From an uncultured Thiomicrospira sp. (GTDB lineage Bacteria > Pseudomonadota > Gammaproteobacteria > CAKMZV01): a stretch of DNA of 64,000 nucleotides. Below, in pieces: positions 22,554 through 32,515 of the stretch. How positions within the stretch are numbered: position 1 is the first letter of the stretch; each line of letters starts with the position of its first letter. The notes under the pieces were generated by a model. It saw only the letters and a list, made by a program, of their open reading frames with translations. It had not been told where the DNA came from and did not search any database. Position numbers and translations under genes: made by a program. Location of the stretch: NCBI GenBank assembly GCA_965195345.1, contig OZ239628.1, positions 1,248,001 through 1,312,000 on the forward strand, written 5' to 3'.

Positions 22554-23218
22554 TGGGAGCACTTGAATTTGAAGCCTTGTGGCTTACATTAAAACTTGCC
22601 AGCATTACAACATTGATTCTATTGGTTTTTGGCGCACCTTTGTCTTGGTGGCTAGCACAAAGCAAATGGCGTTTCAAATTTTTAATTGAATCCTTAGTTG
22701 CCCTGCCTTTGGTTTTACCTCCAACCGTTTTAGGTTTCTATCTTTTGGTTGCGCTTGGAACGAATGGATTCATTGGAACATTGACCAATTTTTTAGGCTT
22801 AGGATCGTTGGCGTTTAGTTTCTATGGTCTTATTATTGGTTCAGTAATATACAGCTTACCATTTGTAGTTCAGCCCTTGCAAAATGCATTCACTCTGATT
22901 AATCAACAACATCTTGAGTCAGCCAGTTTATTGGGAGCCAGTCCGATTGATCGCTTTTTCAGTGTGGTTGTTCCATATTCAAGAACAGGTTTTTTAACTG
23001 CATCAATATTAGGTTTTTCTCATACTTTAGGAGAATTTGGAGTCGTACTAATGATTGGAGGAAACATCCCAGGTGAGACCCAAGTTGTTTCAATAGCTCT
23101 TTTCGAACATGTTGAAAATTTGCAATATGCCAAGGCACACACACTTGCTTTATTATTACTTGGTTTGTCTTTTGCTTTATTATCAATAGTTTATACAGCT
23201 AATCGAGTTTGGAAGTAG
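22550..23218 (+). CDS. modB: Molybdate ABC transporter permease
   Basis: LPLVLPPTVLGFYLL, HTLGEFGVVLMIGGNIPGET. Confidence 0.96.
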   Translation: MMGALEFEALWLTLKLASITTLILLVFGAPLSWWLAQSKWRFKFLIESLVALPLVLPPTVLGFYLLVALGTNGFIGTLTNFLGLGSLAFSFYGLIIGSVIYSLPFVVQPLQNAFTLINQQHLESASLLGASPIDRFFSVVVPYSRTGFLTASILGFSHTLGEFGVVLMIGGNIPGETQVVSIALFEHVENLQYAKAHTLALLLLGLSFALLSIVYTANRVWK

Positions 23219-23220
23219 TC

Positions 23221-24174
23221 GTGACTATAGATATAACCACTAAAATTCAACGAAACGGCTTTAAGCTCAACATAGATTTAAGCTTAAGCTCTCGAGGTAT
23301 AACCGCTATTACTGGTAAATCTGGAAGTGGCAAAACGTCCCTACTTAGAACAATTGCAGGGCTTGATAGACATCCGAATACGTTTATACGTTTTGATGAT
23401 GTTGTATGGCAAGATAATGATCAGTTCGTGCCAGTACATGAACGTTCTATAGGCTATGTATTTCAAAACCCGCAATTATTTAATCATTTGGACGTTGCAG
23501 GTAATATCAATTACGCGTGGAAAAGAAGCAACAGGAAGCATCGACTATCGCTCAAAGAAATATTGGCAATTTTTGATGTTGAAGACTTATTGAGCCGCAA
23601 AGCACATGAATTATCAGGGGGGGAGTGCCAACGTGTTCTTTTAGCGCGTGCAGCAGTAGCAAATCCTTCATTAATGCTCTTGGATGAAGCATTATCTTCT
23701 GTAGACATCTCCGCCAGATATCAATTATTGAGCGCTTTAAAAAAACTCTCAGATCAAGCAGCCATGCCAATACTGTATGTAACACATGATGCCTTTGAAG
23801 CCGCTGCATTGACAGATATACACCTTACAATTGGAAATCAGATGACAACGTTTGTTGATCATTCAATCCACACAGATCGAATGACAGTTACTCAAGCAAT
23901 TGGTGCATTAAAAAAATCTTCTGAAAGTTTCGTCGAACTTTTTGCAAACTCTAATATCAGCGTAGAGTTCTATCGACCAGAGGGTATTGACAAACAACAA
24001 CCGCATGAAATTGATGAAATCTATGTGATTGCTTCTGGTAACGGAACCTTTATAAATGGAGACGTGATGTGCCCATTTGAAAAAGGTGAAGTATTATTTG
24101 TTCCAGCAAAGCAAGAACACCGCTTTGTGGACTTTAGTTCCGATTTTGCAACATGGGTTATTTTCTTCAAATAA
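23221..24174 (+). CDS. modC: Molybdate ABC ATPase (no TOBE domain) fused in frame to a C-terminal cupin domain
   Basis: GKSGSGKT, IGYVFQ, LSGGE, LLDE, YVTH; tail Q.PH..DE.YV..G.G..GEVLFVPA..EHRF is a cupin; GTG start at 23221 chosen because modB ends at 23218. Confidence 0.8.
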   Translation: MTIDITTKIQRNGFKLNIDLSLSSRGITAITGKSGSGKTSLLRTIAGLDRHPNTFIRFDDVVWQDNDQFVPVHERSIGYVFQNPQLFNHLDVAGNINYAWKRSNRKHRLSLKEILAIFDVEDLLSRKAHELSGGECQRVLLARAAVANPSLMLLDEALSSVDISARYQLLSALKKLSDQAAMPILYVTHDAFEAAALTDIHLTIGNQMTTFVDHSIHTDRMTVTQAIGALKKSSESFVELFANSNISVEFYRPEGIDKQQPHEIDEIYVIASGNGTFINGDVMCPFEKGEVLFVPAKQEHRFVDFSSDFATWVIFFK

Positions 24175-24193
24175 AACGATTGCAAAATAAATA

Positions 24194-24907
24194 TCAGCTG
24201 AACAAATAGAAACCAGCGAAAAATATCGGCTGATGGATTAGATATACAAACAAGGAATTTCTTGATAACCATCGCATCCAACTTGGGGTTAGCACTTGGA
24301 AAAAAGCCACTTCATAAAAACGGAAGTACCCTAAAAAAATCCCAAATAGCACTACAGAAAACCATGGGAAAAATGGCACTAAGTCCTCGGTAGCTAATGG
24401 TAAATTAAGAGGCTCTTGCAATAACTGATACACAAAATGATTAGAGAGTAATCCTGTGTTATATGTTACCAAAATGGTTATTCCTAATACTAAACACAAA
24501 ATGGGATGCTTGCGCAATCCAATAGCGCACAATGAGGCAGTCAATATGAAGTGCAAAATTCCAAAATAAATCCAACTGGTTGGGAAAATCAGATAACTAC
24601 TGAGAGAAACAAAAATTGAAGCTACTAATAACCAACTCAATCTTTTGATGAAAGGAGACAAACGTACTCTGCCTCTATGGGCCAGCACTAAAGAGAAACC
24701 AACACTCAAAAGGAAACCACTGATAATGATGTAACGGAAAGTTATCCACTCCATTTCGTTATTCATGTCAATATCATGATAACCAAAATAGCCAAGATCA
24801 AATATGAAATGATAAATTAGCATCAACAAGATAGATGATGCTCGTAAAAAATCAATAAACGCGCTGCGATTGAAAACGTTTTCAGAAAACAAAATAATGC
24901 CGTTCAT
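24194..24907 (-). CDS. DUF1624 / heparan-alpha-glucosaminide N-acetyltransferase-like membrane protein
   Basis: ID.LR...MLIYHF.FDL, FGILHFI, D.VPFFPW, RNSL.VYLIHQP; ATG at 24907 avoids overlap with the upstream gene. Confidence 0.85.
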   Translation of the reverse strand: MNGIILFSENVFNRSAFIDFLRASSILLMLIYHFIFDLGYFGYHDIDMNNEMEWITFRYIIISGFLLSVGFSLVLAHRGRVRLSPFIKRLSWLLVASIFVSLSSYLIFPTSWIYFGILHFILTASLCAIGLRKHPILCLVLGITILVTYNTGLLSNHFVYQLLQEPLNLPLATEDLVPFFPWFSVVLFGIFLGYFRFYEVAFFQVLTPSWMRWLSRNSLFVYLIHQPIFFAGFYLFS

Positions 24908-24911
24908 TATG

Positions 24912-25241
24912 TTAGGATTTTTTTCTAAATGATGATGGCAATATATCCCATGGGATAATTTTAGCAACTATAGGAAGAAGAATTGAACCACCTGGTAACA
25001 TGAAAATACCAAACGCTGGTATTGTTCTCGCAAGATCTTTTGCTTGCTCTAAAGCAACCTCACTTTCTTCTTTAGTGATCTCCTCTCCACAAGAAAGTCG
25101 CCATAAAATATGAAACATATCACCCGTTTCGGTAATTTCCAACCAAGTATTTTGACTGATTTCAGTGAACAGATCTTCTATCTTATGTGGTTCGCGTACC
25201 CAATCTATTGCCTCCTTCATTCCTTTAAAAATATTGTACAT
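24912..25241 (-). CDS. Stand-alone LETM1-like domain protein
   Basis: EQ.KDL.RTIPAFGIFMLPGGSILLP....ILPSSF; GGAG RBS upstream of ATG 25241. Confidence 0.7.
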   Translation of the reverse strand: MYNIFKGMKEAIDWVREPHKIEDLFTEISQNTWLEITETGDMFHILWRLSCGEEITKEESEVALEQAKDLARTIPAFGIFMLPGGSILLPIVAKIIPWDILPSSFRKKS

Positions 25242-25312
25242 AGAATTTTTATTCTCCGAAGTCTTTATTAATTTACGATAATGGCAGCTCATTCTATTCA
25301 ACTGGCATCAAT

Positions 25313-26275
25313 TTGTTTATTAAAAATTCATTCCAATTGCATGTTAAAGCACAAAAACTGCATAACATTACAACACAGCATCACTTAAAACGGCACTGTG
25401 GGGAAAAAGAGCGCTTAATTTTAGGCTCTGGGACAAACATACTATTCACACAAGATGTGGTGTTTGATGTGCTGCAAAATGATATTCAAGAGATTACGCT
25501 TATAGCAGAGAGAGAAAATGAAGTGATTGTCAGAGCTGGCGGAGGGACAGCGTGGCACGATCTTGTGATTTATTGCGCAGAACATAATTTGTGGGGAATT
25601 GAAAATCTGGCTTTAATCCCTGGTACCGTTGGAGCTGCACCCATACAAAACATAGGGGCATACGGTGTCGAATTAAGTGATAGCCTCCTCAATGTACACG
25701 TAGTAAACTTATCGGATGGAAAAAGTTTTGTTCTTTCTAATGACGAATGCGCGTTTTCTTATCGAAACAGTATTTTCAAACAAAACATCAACAGATGGTT
25801 CATTACGCATATTGATCTCAAGCTTACGAAAAACGCCATTCCTGTGCTGGACTATCATGATTTGAAAAATTTCTTTCCAAAAAATCCAACAGACCCAAAA
25901 CAAATAGTTGCTAAGGTTTCTTCTATTCGGCGTAGTAAATTACCCGATCCTTTAGATTTAGGGAATGCAGGCAGTTTTTTCAAGAACCCAATCGTTCATT
26001 TGGATGTATTTGAAGCATTAAATGAAATAGACATAACCGGTTATGAAGTTTCGCCTAGATATTTCAAAATTTCTGCGGCGAAACTAATTGAGCGAGCGGG
26101 TTGGAAGGGATATAAAGATAAAAATGATGCTGGAGTATACGAAAAACATGCGCTTATATTAGTCAATCATGGCCAAGCGCTTGGGAAAAATATCGCTGAC
26201 CTTGCTTTGCTCATAAAGAACGATGTTGCGCATAAATTTGGAGTATCTTTAGAGTTTGAAGTGCGAATTCTATAA
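25313..26275 (+). CDS. murB: UDP-N-acetylmuramate dehydrogenase
   Basis: GSGTNILF, ENLALIPGTVGAAPIQNIGAYG, GNAGSFFKNP, HALILVN, LEFEV. Confidence 0.96.
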   Translation: MFIKNSFQLHVKAQKLHNITTQHHLKRHCGEKERLILGSGTNILFTQDVVFDVLQNDIQEITLIAERENEVIVRAGGGTAWHDLVIYCAEHNLWGIENLALIPGTVGAAPIQNIGAYGVELSDSLLNVHVVNLSDGKSFVLSNDECAFSYRNSIFKQNINRWFITHIDLKLTKNAIPVLDYHDLKNFFPKNPTDPKQIVAKVSSIRRSKLPDPLDLGNAGSFFKNPIVHLDVFEALNEIDITGYEVSPRYFKISAAKLIERAGWKGYKDKNDAGVYEKHALILVNHGQALGKNIADLALLIKNDVAHKFGVSLEFEVRIL

Positions 26276-26291
26276 CAGAGTGATTGGTACT

Positions 26292-27254
26292 CTATAATTT
26301 TGAATAACCAAACACTTCAATAATCTGTTGCAATTCCTTTTCATCAATATTCCACACAATTACCATACCGGCACAATCACCCTTTATAGAACCTGCTCCA
26401 CTTATTTTAGCAACGCCTCCTCGTTTCTCCACTGTTGTTATCATCTCGGCCACTTTAGAAGGAACCACACCCAATTCCATTAAAAGTTGATTGAGCACGC
26501 GTACTTGTTCAAAAAAAAGCACCAAATTATTCTGTTCTAACGCTTGCTCTATTGTAGCTATGCATTGTGTGAACTTTGATTTCACACGATGGAATAAAAG
26601 CTGAGTATGTGCCACACACTCAGCAGTTGTGCTTGTTGGTCTACCCGTGTGTACGAGCTGAAAACGAGGGATATCAAAAGGCTTGCTGATTTTGATTTCC
26701 TCGTTATCTTTTATAAATCTAACTGGTCGTCCATACCAGCTAACCCAAGTATCAAGTCCTCCAGCTTTCCCATGCTTGATATCTTCGCAGCGGGTAGCAA
26801 GCTGATAGCCATCAAAAAACCGTTGGTATCGTTGCTGCCAACATTTAATAATTGCTGCTATTAGAGCAGCAGAGGAACCCATTCCAGCGCCAATTGGGAT
26901 AGTGCTCTCAATGCTTACGCTAAAACCACTTCCTATATTTAATTTATCCTCAGCATTTGCGTAGCAAGATTGAATTACGTATGCGATAAATGCATCGTCC
27001 GTGCATGATTTAGCTAATGCCTGTGCATCTATTCTTTGATTTGTCGTCTGATGTATTTCATCAAGAATCTGTTTGTTATGGACTAAAGCATCCCACGACC
27101 AGAGACTTTCTTGCGTGCGTACTCCTTCAAAAGAATCAGGAATTATGTGACATTGACAATATTGGTTGGTTGGCAGTGCCAATGAAGGTAAGCCATTTAA
27201 GACTGCATGCTCTCCGTATATAATCAACTTTCCAGATGTCTGAGCGCTGTCCAT
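26292..27254 (-). CDS. GHMP kinase, most likely mevalonate kinase
   Basis: GKLIIYGEHAV..G.P, PIGAGMGSSAA, E...HG..GGLD, AKISGAG. Confidence 0.82.
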   Translation of the reverse strand: MDSAQTSGKLIIYGEHAVLNGLPSLALPTNQYCQCHIIPDSFEGVRTQESLWSWDALVHNKQILDEIHQTTNQRIDAQALAKSCTDDAFIAYVIQSCYANAEDKLNIGSGFSVSIESTIPIGAGMGSSAALIAAIIKCWQQRYQRFFDGYQLATRCEDIKHGKAGGLDTWVSWYGRPVRFIKDNEEIKISKPFDIPRFQLVHTGRPTSTTAECVAHTQLLFHRVKSKFTQCIATIEQALEQNNLVLFFEQVRVLNQLLMELGVVPSKVAEMITTVEKRGGVAKISGAGSIKGDCAGMVIVWNIDEKELQQIIEVFGYSKL

Positions 27255-27269
27255 TTGATAATGTTTAAA

Positions 27270-28571
27270 CTATTCAAAAATACGAATATAAAAAGGTTCC
27301 TGAAAAAATATCAATCGCTTTTTCAAATTTGTAATTACATCGATAAACTCAGATTCTTTCACTCGATTTGTCGTTAAAATGATCGTGGCTTCCGCACCTT
27401 CACGCAGTGGTTGCTCTTGATGTAAGCACTCTATACTGATATCATGGTCGGCCATAACCTCAGCGACAGTTTTCATTACTCCTGGAACATCTTCAACATT
27501 CAATCTTAGGTAATAATGACTTTCAATCTCAGATATAGAGCGATATTGATTCTCTTCAGTAGCGTTCATCAGATTGTTTGCTGGTCTGCTATTAGTAACA
27601 ATACAGCGGCAAATCTCGCATAAATCAGCGATTATTGCCGAAGCAGTAGGTAAGCCACCAGCACCCGCTCCAAAGTACATGCTCTCTCCCAAAGCATCGC
27701 CTTTCACCCAAACAGCATTCATAACCCCATCTACTCTAGATAATAACTTATCTTGCTTAACTAAGGCAGGATGTACTCTTAACTCTAACGGTCCATCAAA
27801 TCGCGCTATACCGAGATGCTTGATTTGATAGCCCATTTTCTTTGCATAACTCAGATCAACATTAGTAACCCGTGAAATTCCTTCAGTATAAACTTTTTCG
27901 AAATCAAGTGATTGTTGTTTAACCAATGACGCCATTATCGTTAATTTATGCGCGGCATCAATACCCTCAATATCGAACGTAGGGTCTGCTTCAGCGTAAC
28001 CCAATGCTTGAGCATCTTTTAACACATCAGAAAATGGCAACTCTTCATTATCCATACGAGAAAGAATGTAATTGCAGGTCCCATTTATAATGCCTGCAAG
28101 CAAGCTAATCCTATTTCCATCCATTCCTTCACGTAAAACCTTTATGATAGGAATACCTCCAGCAACCGCTGCTTCATACAATAGAGCAACATTATTTTCA
28201 GCGGCAATTTTAAAAAGTTCTTTTCCATGGATTGCTAATAGAGCTTTGTTCGCTGTTATGACTGGTTTGCCTGAAGTTAGAGCCGTTTTTACTGCCAAAT
28301 ACGCCTCATGAGTACCACCCATAACTTCAATCACCACATCAACATTAGGATCGGCAGCCACTTCATGAGCATTGCCCGTTAACGTTAATCCCTCGATGCT
28401 ACTGTTGCGTTTAGCATGTAAATTTTTAACAGCAATCGAATGAATGACCAAATTTGCAGTAGCTTTTTTTTCTACTAACTTTATATTTTCCCCACGCAGT
28501 ATTTCGGCAATACCTTGCCCTACCGTTCCAAATCCCAGCATTCCTATACTAATTTGTTTTTTATACGTCAT
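27270..28571 (-). CDS. hom: Homoserine dehydrogenase with C-terminal ACT domain
   Basis: GFGTVG, TANKA, EAAVAGGIP, GYAEADPTFDIEGIDAAHK. Confidence 0.97.
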   Translation of the reverse strand: MTYKKQISIGMLGFGTVGQGIAEILRGENIKLVEKKATANLVIHSIAVKNLHAKRNSSIEGLTLTGNAHEVAADPNVDVVIEVMGGTHEAYLAVKTALTSGKPVITANKALLAIHGKELFKIAAENNVALLYEAAVAGGIPIIKVLREGMDGNRISLLAGIINGTCNYILSRMDNEELPFSDVLKDAQALGYAEADPTFDIEGIDAAHKLTIMASLVKQQSLDFEKVYTEGISRVTNVDLSYAKKMGYQIKHLGIARFDGPLELRVHPALVKQDKLLSRVDGVMNAVWVKGDALGESMYFGAGAGGLPTASAIIADLCEICRCIVTNSRPANNLMNATEENQYRSISEIESHYYLRLNVEDVPGVMKTVAEVMADHDISIECLHQEQPLREGAEATIILTTNRVKESEFIDVITNLKKRLIFFQEPFYIRIFE

Positions 28572-28603
28572 TACAATAAATAATTTGAATTAAAATAGCG
28601 CTC

Positions 28604-28981
28604 ATGCAATTCTATGAACAAAACATTCCCAACGCGAATCTAATAACCGCTATTGATGACAATGGGATCTACATCAAAGAACAGTTAATCGACTACTCAG
28701 CTTTCATTGATGCAGATCATGTACAACCATGGCACCCTAAAAAAACAGACTTCATTGACATCGAAGATTTAACTGATGCCATCACAATGAAACCCATGAC
28801 AATTATACTAGGTAGCAATGCTCCAGATTTAATACACTGGGTTAGTCCGCATATTCATACCGCAATCGTACAACTTGGCATAGGAGTTGAAATCATGCGC
28901 GTGCAGTCTGCATGTCATACTTATAATTTGCTGACCAATGAAGGAAGAAAAACCGTATTAGGAGTTTTTTTTCACAAATAG
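28604..28981 (+). CDS. Mth938/DUF498-family protein
   Basis: ILG, GIGVEIM...ACHTYNLL..EGR. Confidence 0.85.
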   Translation: MQFYEQNIPNANLITAIDDNGIYIKEQLIDYSAFIDADHVQPWHPKKTDFIDIEDLTDAITMKPMTIILGSNAPDLIHWVSPHIHTAIVQLGIGVEIMRVQSACHTYNLLTNEGRKTVLGVFFHK

Positions 28982-29988
28982 TTTTCAATCAACTTTTCAG
29001 CAATCTGCACAGTATTTGTTGCGGCTCCTTTGCGAACATTATCAGCCACCACCCACAGGTTAAGACCCAAAGGATGTGATATATCCTCACGAATACGCCC
29101 AACATAAACAGAGTCTTTACCTGCACTGTCTAAATTGGTTGGATAACCACCATCCACTTGTTCATCTATCACAGTGACCCCTTCGAGATTGCTTAAACAT
29201 TCAAGTGCTTCACCAGCTGTTATTTTCTCTTTCGTTTCTATATGGAGTGCTTCTGCATGTCCATAAAAAACTGGAATACGCACTGTTGTTGGATTAATTT
29301 CAATGGAATTGTCCGCAAAAATCTTACGTGTCTCATTGACCATTTTCATTTCTTCTTTGGTGTATCCGTTATCAGTAAACGAATCAACTTGTGGTATCGC
29401 ATTAAAAGCAATAATTTTTGGATAAACACTGCACTCAGGAGTATCTCCTGCTAACATAAGTTTACTTTGCTCTTGCAGCTCTTTAATTGCTTTCATTCCT
29501 GAACCAGAAACCGCTTGATATGTGCATACATTAATTCTACTAATTCCAACTTTATCGTAAATAGGTTTCAAAGCAACCAGCATTTGAATAGTTGAGCAGT
29601 TAGGATTGGCAATGATTCCTGTTTTTTTATAATCCGCTATGGCGTAGGCATTCACCTCTGGTACCACAAGAGGTACTTCGGGATGCATGCGAAAATGCGA
29701 AGTGTTATCAATGACAACACAACCACTCTCGGCAGCTCGAGGCGCATAGATTTTGGAAACACTCGCTCCAGGCGAAAACAAGCCAATTTCGGCTTTAGTG
29801 AAATCGAATGTTTCTAAATCATGCACAGTAACATCTGTACCATTAAAAGGAATTGTATTCCCTGCAGAACGCTTACTGGCTAAGGGATATAAATTATTGA
29901 CGGGGAAATTTCTTTCCTCAAGACATTTTAAGATAGTGCGTCCGACTGCACCTGTGGCACCTACCACACAAACATTATATTTTTTCAT
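28972..29988 (-). CDS. asd: Aspartate-semialdehyde dehydrogenase
   Basis: GATGAVG, DNTSHFRM, NPNCSTIQ, DNVRKGAATN. Confidence 0.97.
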   Translation of the reverse strand: MKKYNVCVVGATGAVGRTILKCLEERNFPVNNLYPLASKRSAGNTIPFNGTDVTVHDLETFDFTKAEIGLFSPGASVSKIYAPRAAESGCVVIDNTSHFRMHPEVPLVVPEVNAYAIADYKKTGIIANPNCSTIQMLVALKPIYDKVGISRINVCTYQAVSGSGMKAIKELQEQSKLMLAGDTPECSVYPKIIAFNAIPQVDSFTDNGYTKEEMKMVNETRKIFADNSIEINPTTVRIPVFYGHAEALHIETKEKITAGEALECLSNLEGVTVIDEQVDGGYPTNLDSAGKDSVYVGRIREDISHPLGLNLWVVADNVRKGAATNTVQIAEKLIENYL

Positions 29989-30055
29989 TTTATTTCAACC
30001 AATTTAATTGGCTTTTAGATTTCTATGTTTTTGCTAAGATTGAAATTGTTACTTA

Positions 30056-30532
30056 CTAATTTACTTGCTTCGACTCTTGAAACAAGTCAACAGTAATAAT
30101 TTTTCCATCACTTGAATTAGTTCTAAAAAGGTTAAGGTCAGCCTGTACGTTAGAGGGCAGCTTATCATGAAATTCAAAATCATCATAAACATAGCTTTTA
30201 CCAGTGAATCGACTGCCCGTCTCAACGCAAATCTCACGCGCATGAATATCACCTTTCACTTCGCCCTTTTGTATGATTTCAAGAACGTCACAGTCTATTT
30301 GACCTGTAAACTTGCCACTAACAATAACATGCCGAGCACGCAAAAATCCTTCCATAATCCCATTCTCTCCGATGGAAAAATCATTTATTGAATAAACTTG
30401 TCCTTCAAAAATACCGTCCAAATGCGCTGGGTCTTTTAGTTTCATTAATCCGTTGATATGGTTTCCGTTTGCGATAATTGTTTTGTTTTTTGATGCAGCT
30501 TGCTTCGCACTACTTTTACTAAAGATTCCCAT
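30056..30532 (-). CDS. Bactofilin (CcmA-like polymer-forming cytoskeletal protein)
   Basis: Beta-helix repeats TII..G..I.G, HLDG.FEG, IGENG..EG, V.GDI...I.VE.G..F.G. Confidence 0.9.
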   Translation of the reverse strand: MGIFSKSSAKQAASKNKTIIANGNHINGLMKLKDPAHLDGIFEGQVYSINDFSIGENGIMEGFLRARHVIVSGKFTGQIDCDVLEIIQKGEVKGDIHAREICVETGSRFTGKSYVYDDFEFHDKLPSNVQADLNLFRTNSSDGKIITVDLFQESKQVN

Positions 30533-31437
30533 GCTACTTTCCTCTCTTTTCTAAATAATTCATCGTAATTTTCAAGGGACCATTTCACGAAATGTTTGGG
30601 ATCAAGCGTACGCTGTATGAAAGTTACTTCATAATGAAGATGAGGTCCCGTAGTGATACCAGAATTTCCAGTCAGTCCTATGTAATGTCCCTTCTCTACT
30701 ACCTGCCCAGATTTTACCAGAATCCTACTTAAATGCGCGTATATTGTTCGAAACCCTAATGAATGGTTTAATATTATTAAATTACCATAACCGCTTGAAT
30801 GACGACCTGCAAATTCAACAGCACCATCAGCAGTAGCGTATATTTTAACACCTGGTTTTGCTCTAAAATCGATCCCCGTGTGCAGTTGCATATTTTTCTT
30901 ATTAGGGTGTTTGCGAAGTCCGTAATGACTTGTTATAGTCCTATTTATTTTAAGTGGATAGCCGCTTGGAATAGACCGTAGCATAAATTTCTTTTCCAAC
31001 GAAGTTTGTTCAAGCAGTTTCAACCTGGCTTCATAATCTTTGGTTTCTATACCCTCATCCACGCCAATTAAATCTTCGATTCGACCAAGCGCATTGTTAA
31101 GCAAACTCACTTTCCCTTGTTCTTTACGCAACACATTTAAAAGTACTTGTTGTTCAGCGAGCGCATCTTGATAAATGGATTCTCTTTCTTCAAATGACAA
31201 CTGTGAATCAATCGTTTTCCTCAGTGCAAACTCTTCATGCTTAGAGATAACTTCTTTATGTTTTTCCTCTAACCCTGTCACTTCAGAGCGTAACCAAATG
31301 ACCAAAGATATACTACAAACTAATAAAACTATAGTAATGGACGCTACGATCCAAAAAGATACACGTAAGAATTTGCTTAAGGAATAATTCCTTGATCCTT
31401 TAATGCTAGATATTGTTAGAGTTACTTGGTTACGCAT
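30445..31437 (-). CDS. M23 family metallopeptidase with N-terminal TM and coiled coil
   Basis: HTGIDF, GYGN, YAHLS, GNSG.TTGPHLHYEV; overlaps the bactofilin start. Confidence 0.92.
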   Translation of the reverse strand: MRNQVTLTISSIKGSRNYSLSKFLRVSFWIVASITIVLLVCSISLVIWLRSEVTGLEEKHKEVISKHEEFALRKTIDSQLSFEERESIYQDALAEQQVLLNVLRKEQGKVSLLNNALGRIEDLIGVDEGIETKDYEARLKLLEQTSLEKKFMLRSIPSGYPLKINRTITSHYGLRKHPNKKNMQLHTGIDFRAKPGVKIYATADGAVEFAGRHSSGYGNLIILNHSLGFRTIYAHLSRILVKSGQVVEKGHYIGLTGNSGITTGPHLHYEVTFIQRTLDPKHFVKWSLENYDELFRKERKVAWESLVKVVRSKLHQKTKQLSQTETISTD

Positions 31438-31441
31438 GCAT

Positions 31442-32515
31442 CTAAAATTGTTGCTGTAAAGACTCTACTACAGCGGCCCCCATCTCTTTTGTACCAATTA
31501 GAACGTGCTCTTTGGTATATATATCAAACGTTCTCATGCCTTTATCAAGCACCGCCTCAACAGCCTTTTCAATTTTCTCAGCATAACTTGGCTCATTAAA
31601 TGTATATCTTAGCATCATGGCAATAGAAAGCATCATTGCTAGAGGATTCGCACGATCCATACCAGCAATATCAGGAGCTGAACCATGAATAGGCTCATAC
31701 ATGCCAAATAAATCCGCATTCATTGAGGCAGAAGGCAACATTCCAATAGATCCTGTTAGCATAGACGCAGCATCAGAAAGTATATCACCGAACATATTAC
31801 CTGTGAGCAGCACATCAAATTGCTTCGGGTTTTTTATCAATTGCATTGCTGCGTTATCAACATACATATGGCTTAATTCCACATCGGAATAATTAACCGC
31901 TTCTTCTATCAATACATTGCGCCACAATTCTGTCACTTCTAAAACGTTCGCTTTATCGACTGAACACAATTTCCCTTCCCTCTGCCTAGCCAATTCAAAA
32001 GCAACTTTTGCGATGCGCCTTATTTCGTTTTCATCATAAACATATGTATTAAATCCTTTACGCAACCCATTCTCTAAAGTTATGCCGCGTGGTTCTCCAA
32101 AATAGATTCCCCCAGTCAATTCTCTAACGATGAGAATGTCTAAACCACTAACAATTTCTGGTTTGAGCGATGATGCTTGCGCTAATTGTGGATACAGTAT
32201 TGCAGGGCGTAAGTTTGCAAACAAATTAAACGTTTTACGCAAATTTAACAAGCCCTTTTCGGGTCTTTGCGCCATCGGCAACTCTTCCCATTTAAAGCCA
32301 CCAACGGCTCCAAGAAGAATTGCATCACTTGCTTTTGCTAAATCTAAAGTGGACTCTGGGAGCGGTGTACCTTCAGCATCTATTGCACACCCTCCAACGA
32401 GGCTTTTTTCAATTTCAATCGGTAAACCATTTTTTCTAAGTGCTTCAAGGCAGAGTTCTGCTTGATTCATGATTTCAGGGCCAATACCGTCGCCAGCTAA
32501 TAATAGTATTTTCAT
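31442..32515 (-). CDS. leuB: 3-isopropylmalate dehydrogenase
   Basis: [45 protein letters not shown]. Confidence 0.97.
   Translation of the reverse strand: MKILLLAGDGIGPEIMNQAELCLEALRKNGLPIEIEKSLVGGCAIDAEGTPLPESTLDLAKASDAILLGAVGGFKWEELPMAQRPEKGLLNLRKTFNLFANLRPAILYPQLAQASSLKPEIVSGLDILIVRELTGGIYFGEPRGITLENGLRKGFNTYVYDENEIRRIAKVAFELARQREGKLCSVDKANVLEVTELWRNVLIEEAVNYSDVELSHMYVDNAAMQLIKNPKQFDVLLTGNMFGDILSDAASMLTGSIGMLPSASMNADLFGMYEPIHGSAPDIAGMDRANPLAMMLSIAMMLRYTFNEPSYAEKIEKAVEAVLDKGMRTFDIYTKEHVLIGTKEMGAAVVESLQQQF

Noticed and set aside
26292-27254. Homoserine kinase thrB, suggested by position after hom
   Set aside because: Lacks the ThrB PA(S/T)SANLG.GFD motif and has the mevalonate-kinase-type GEHAV motif
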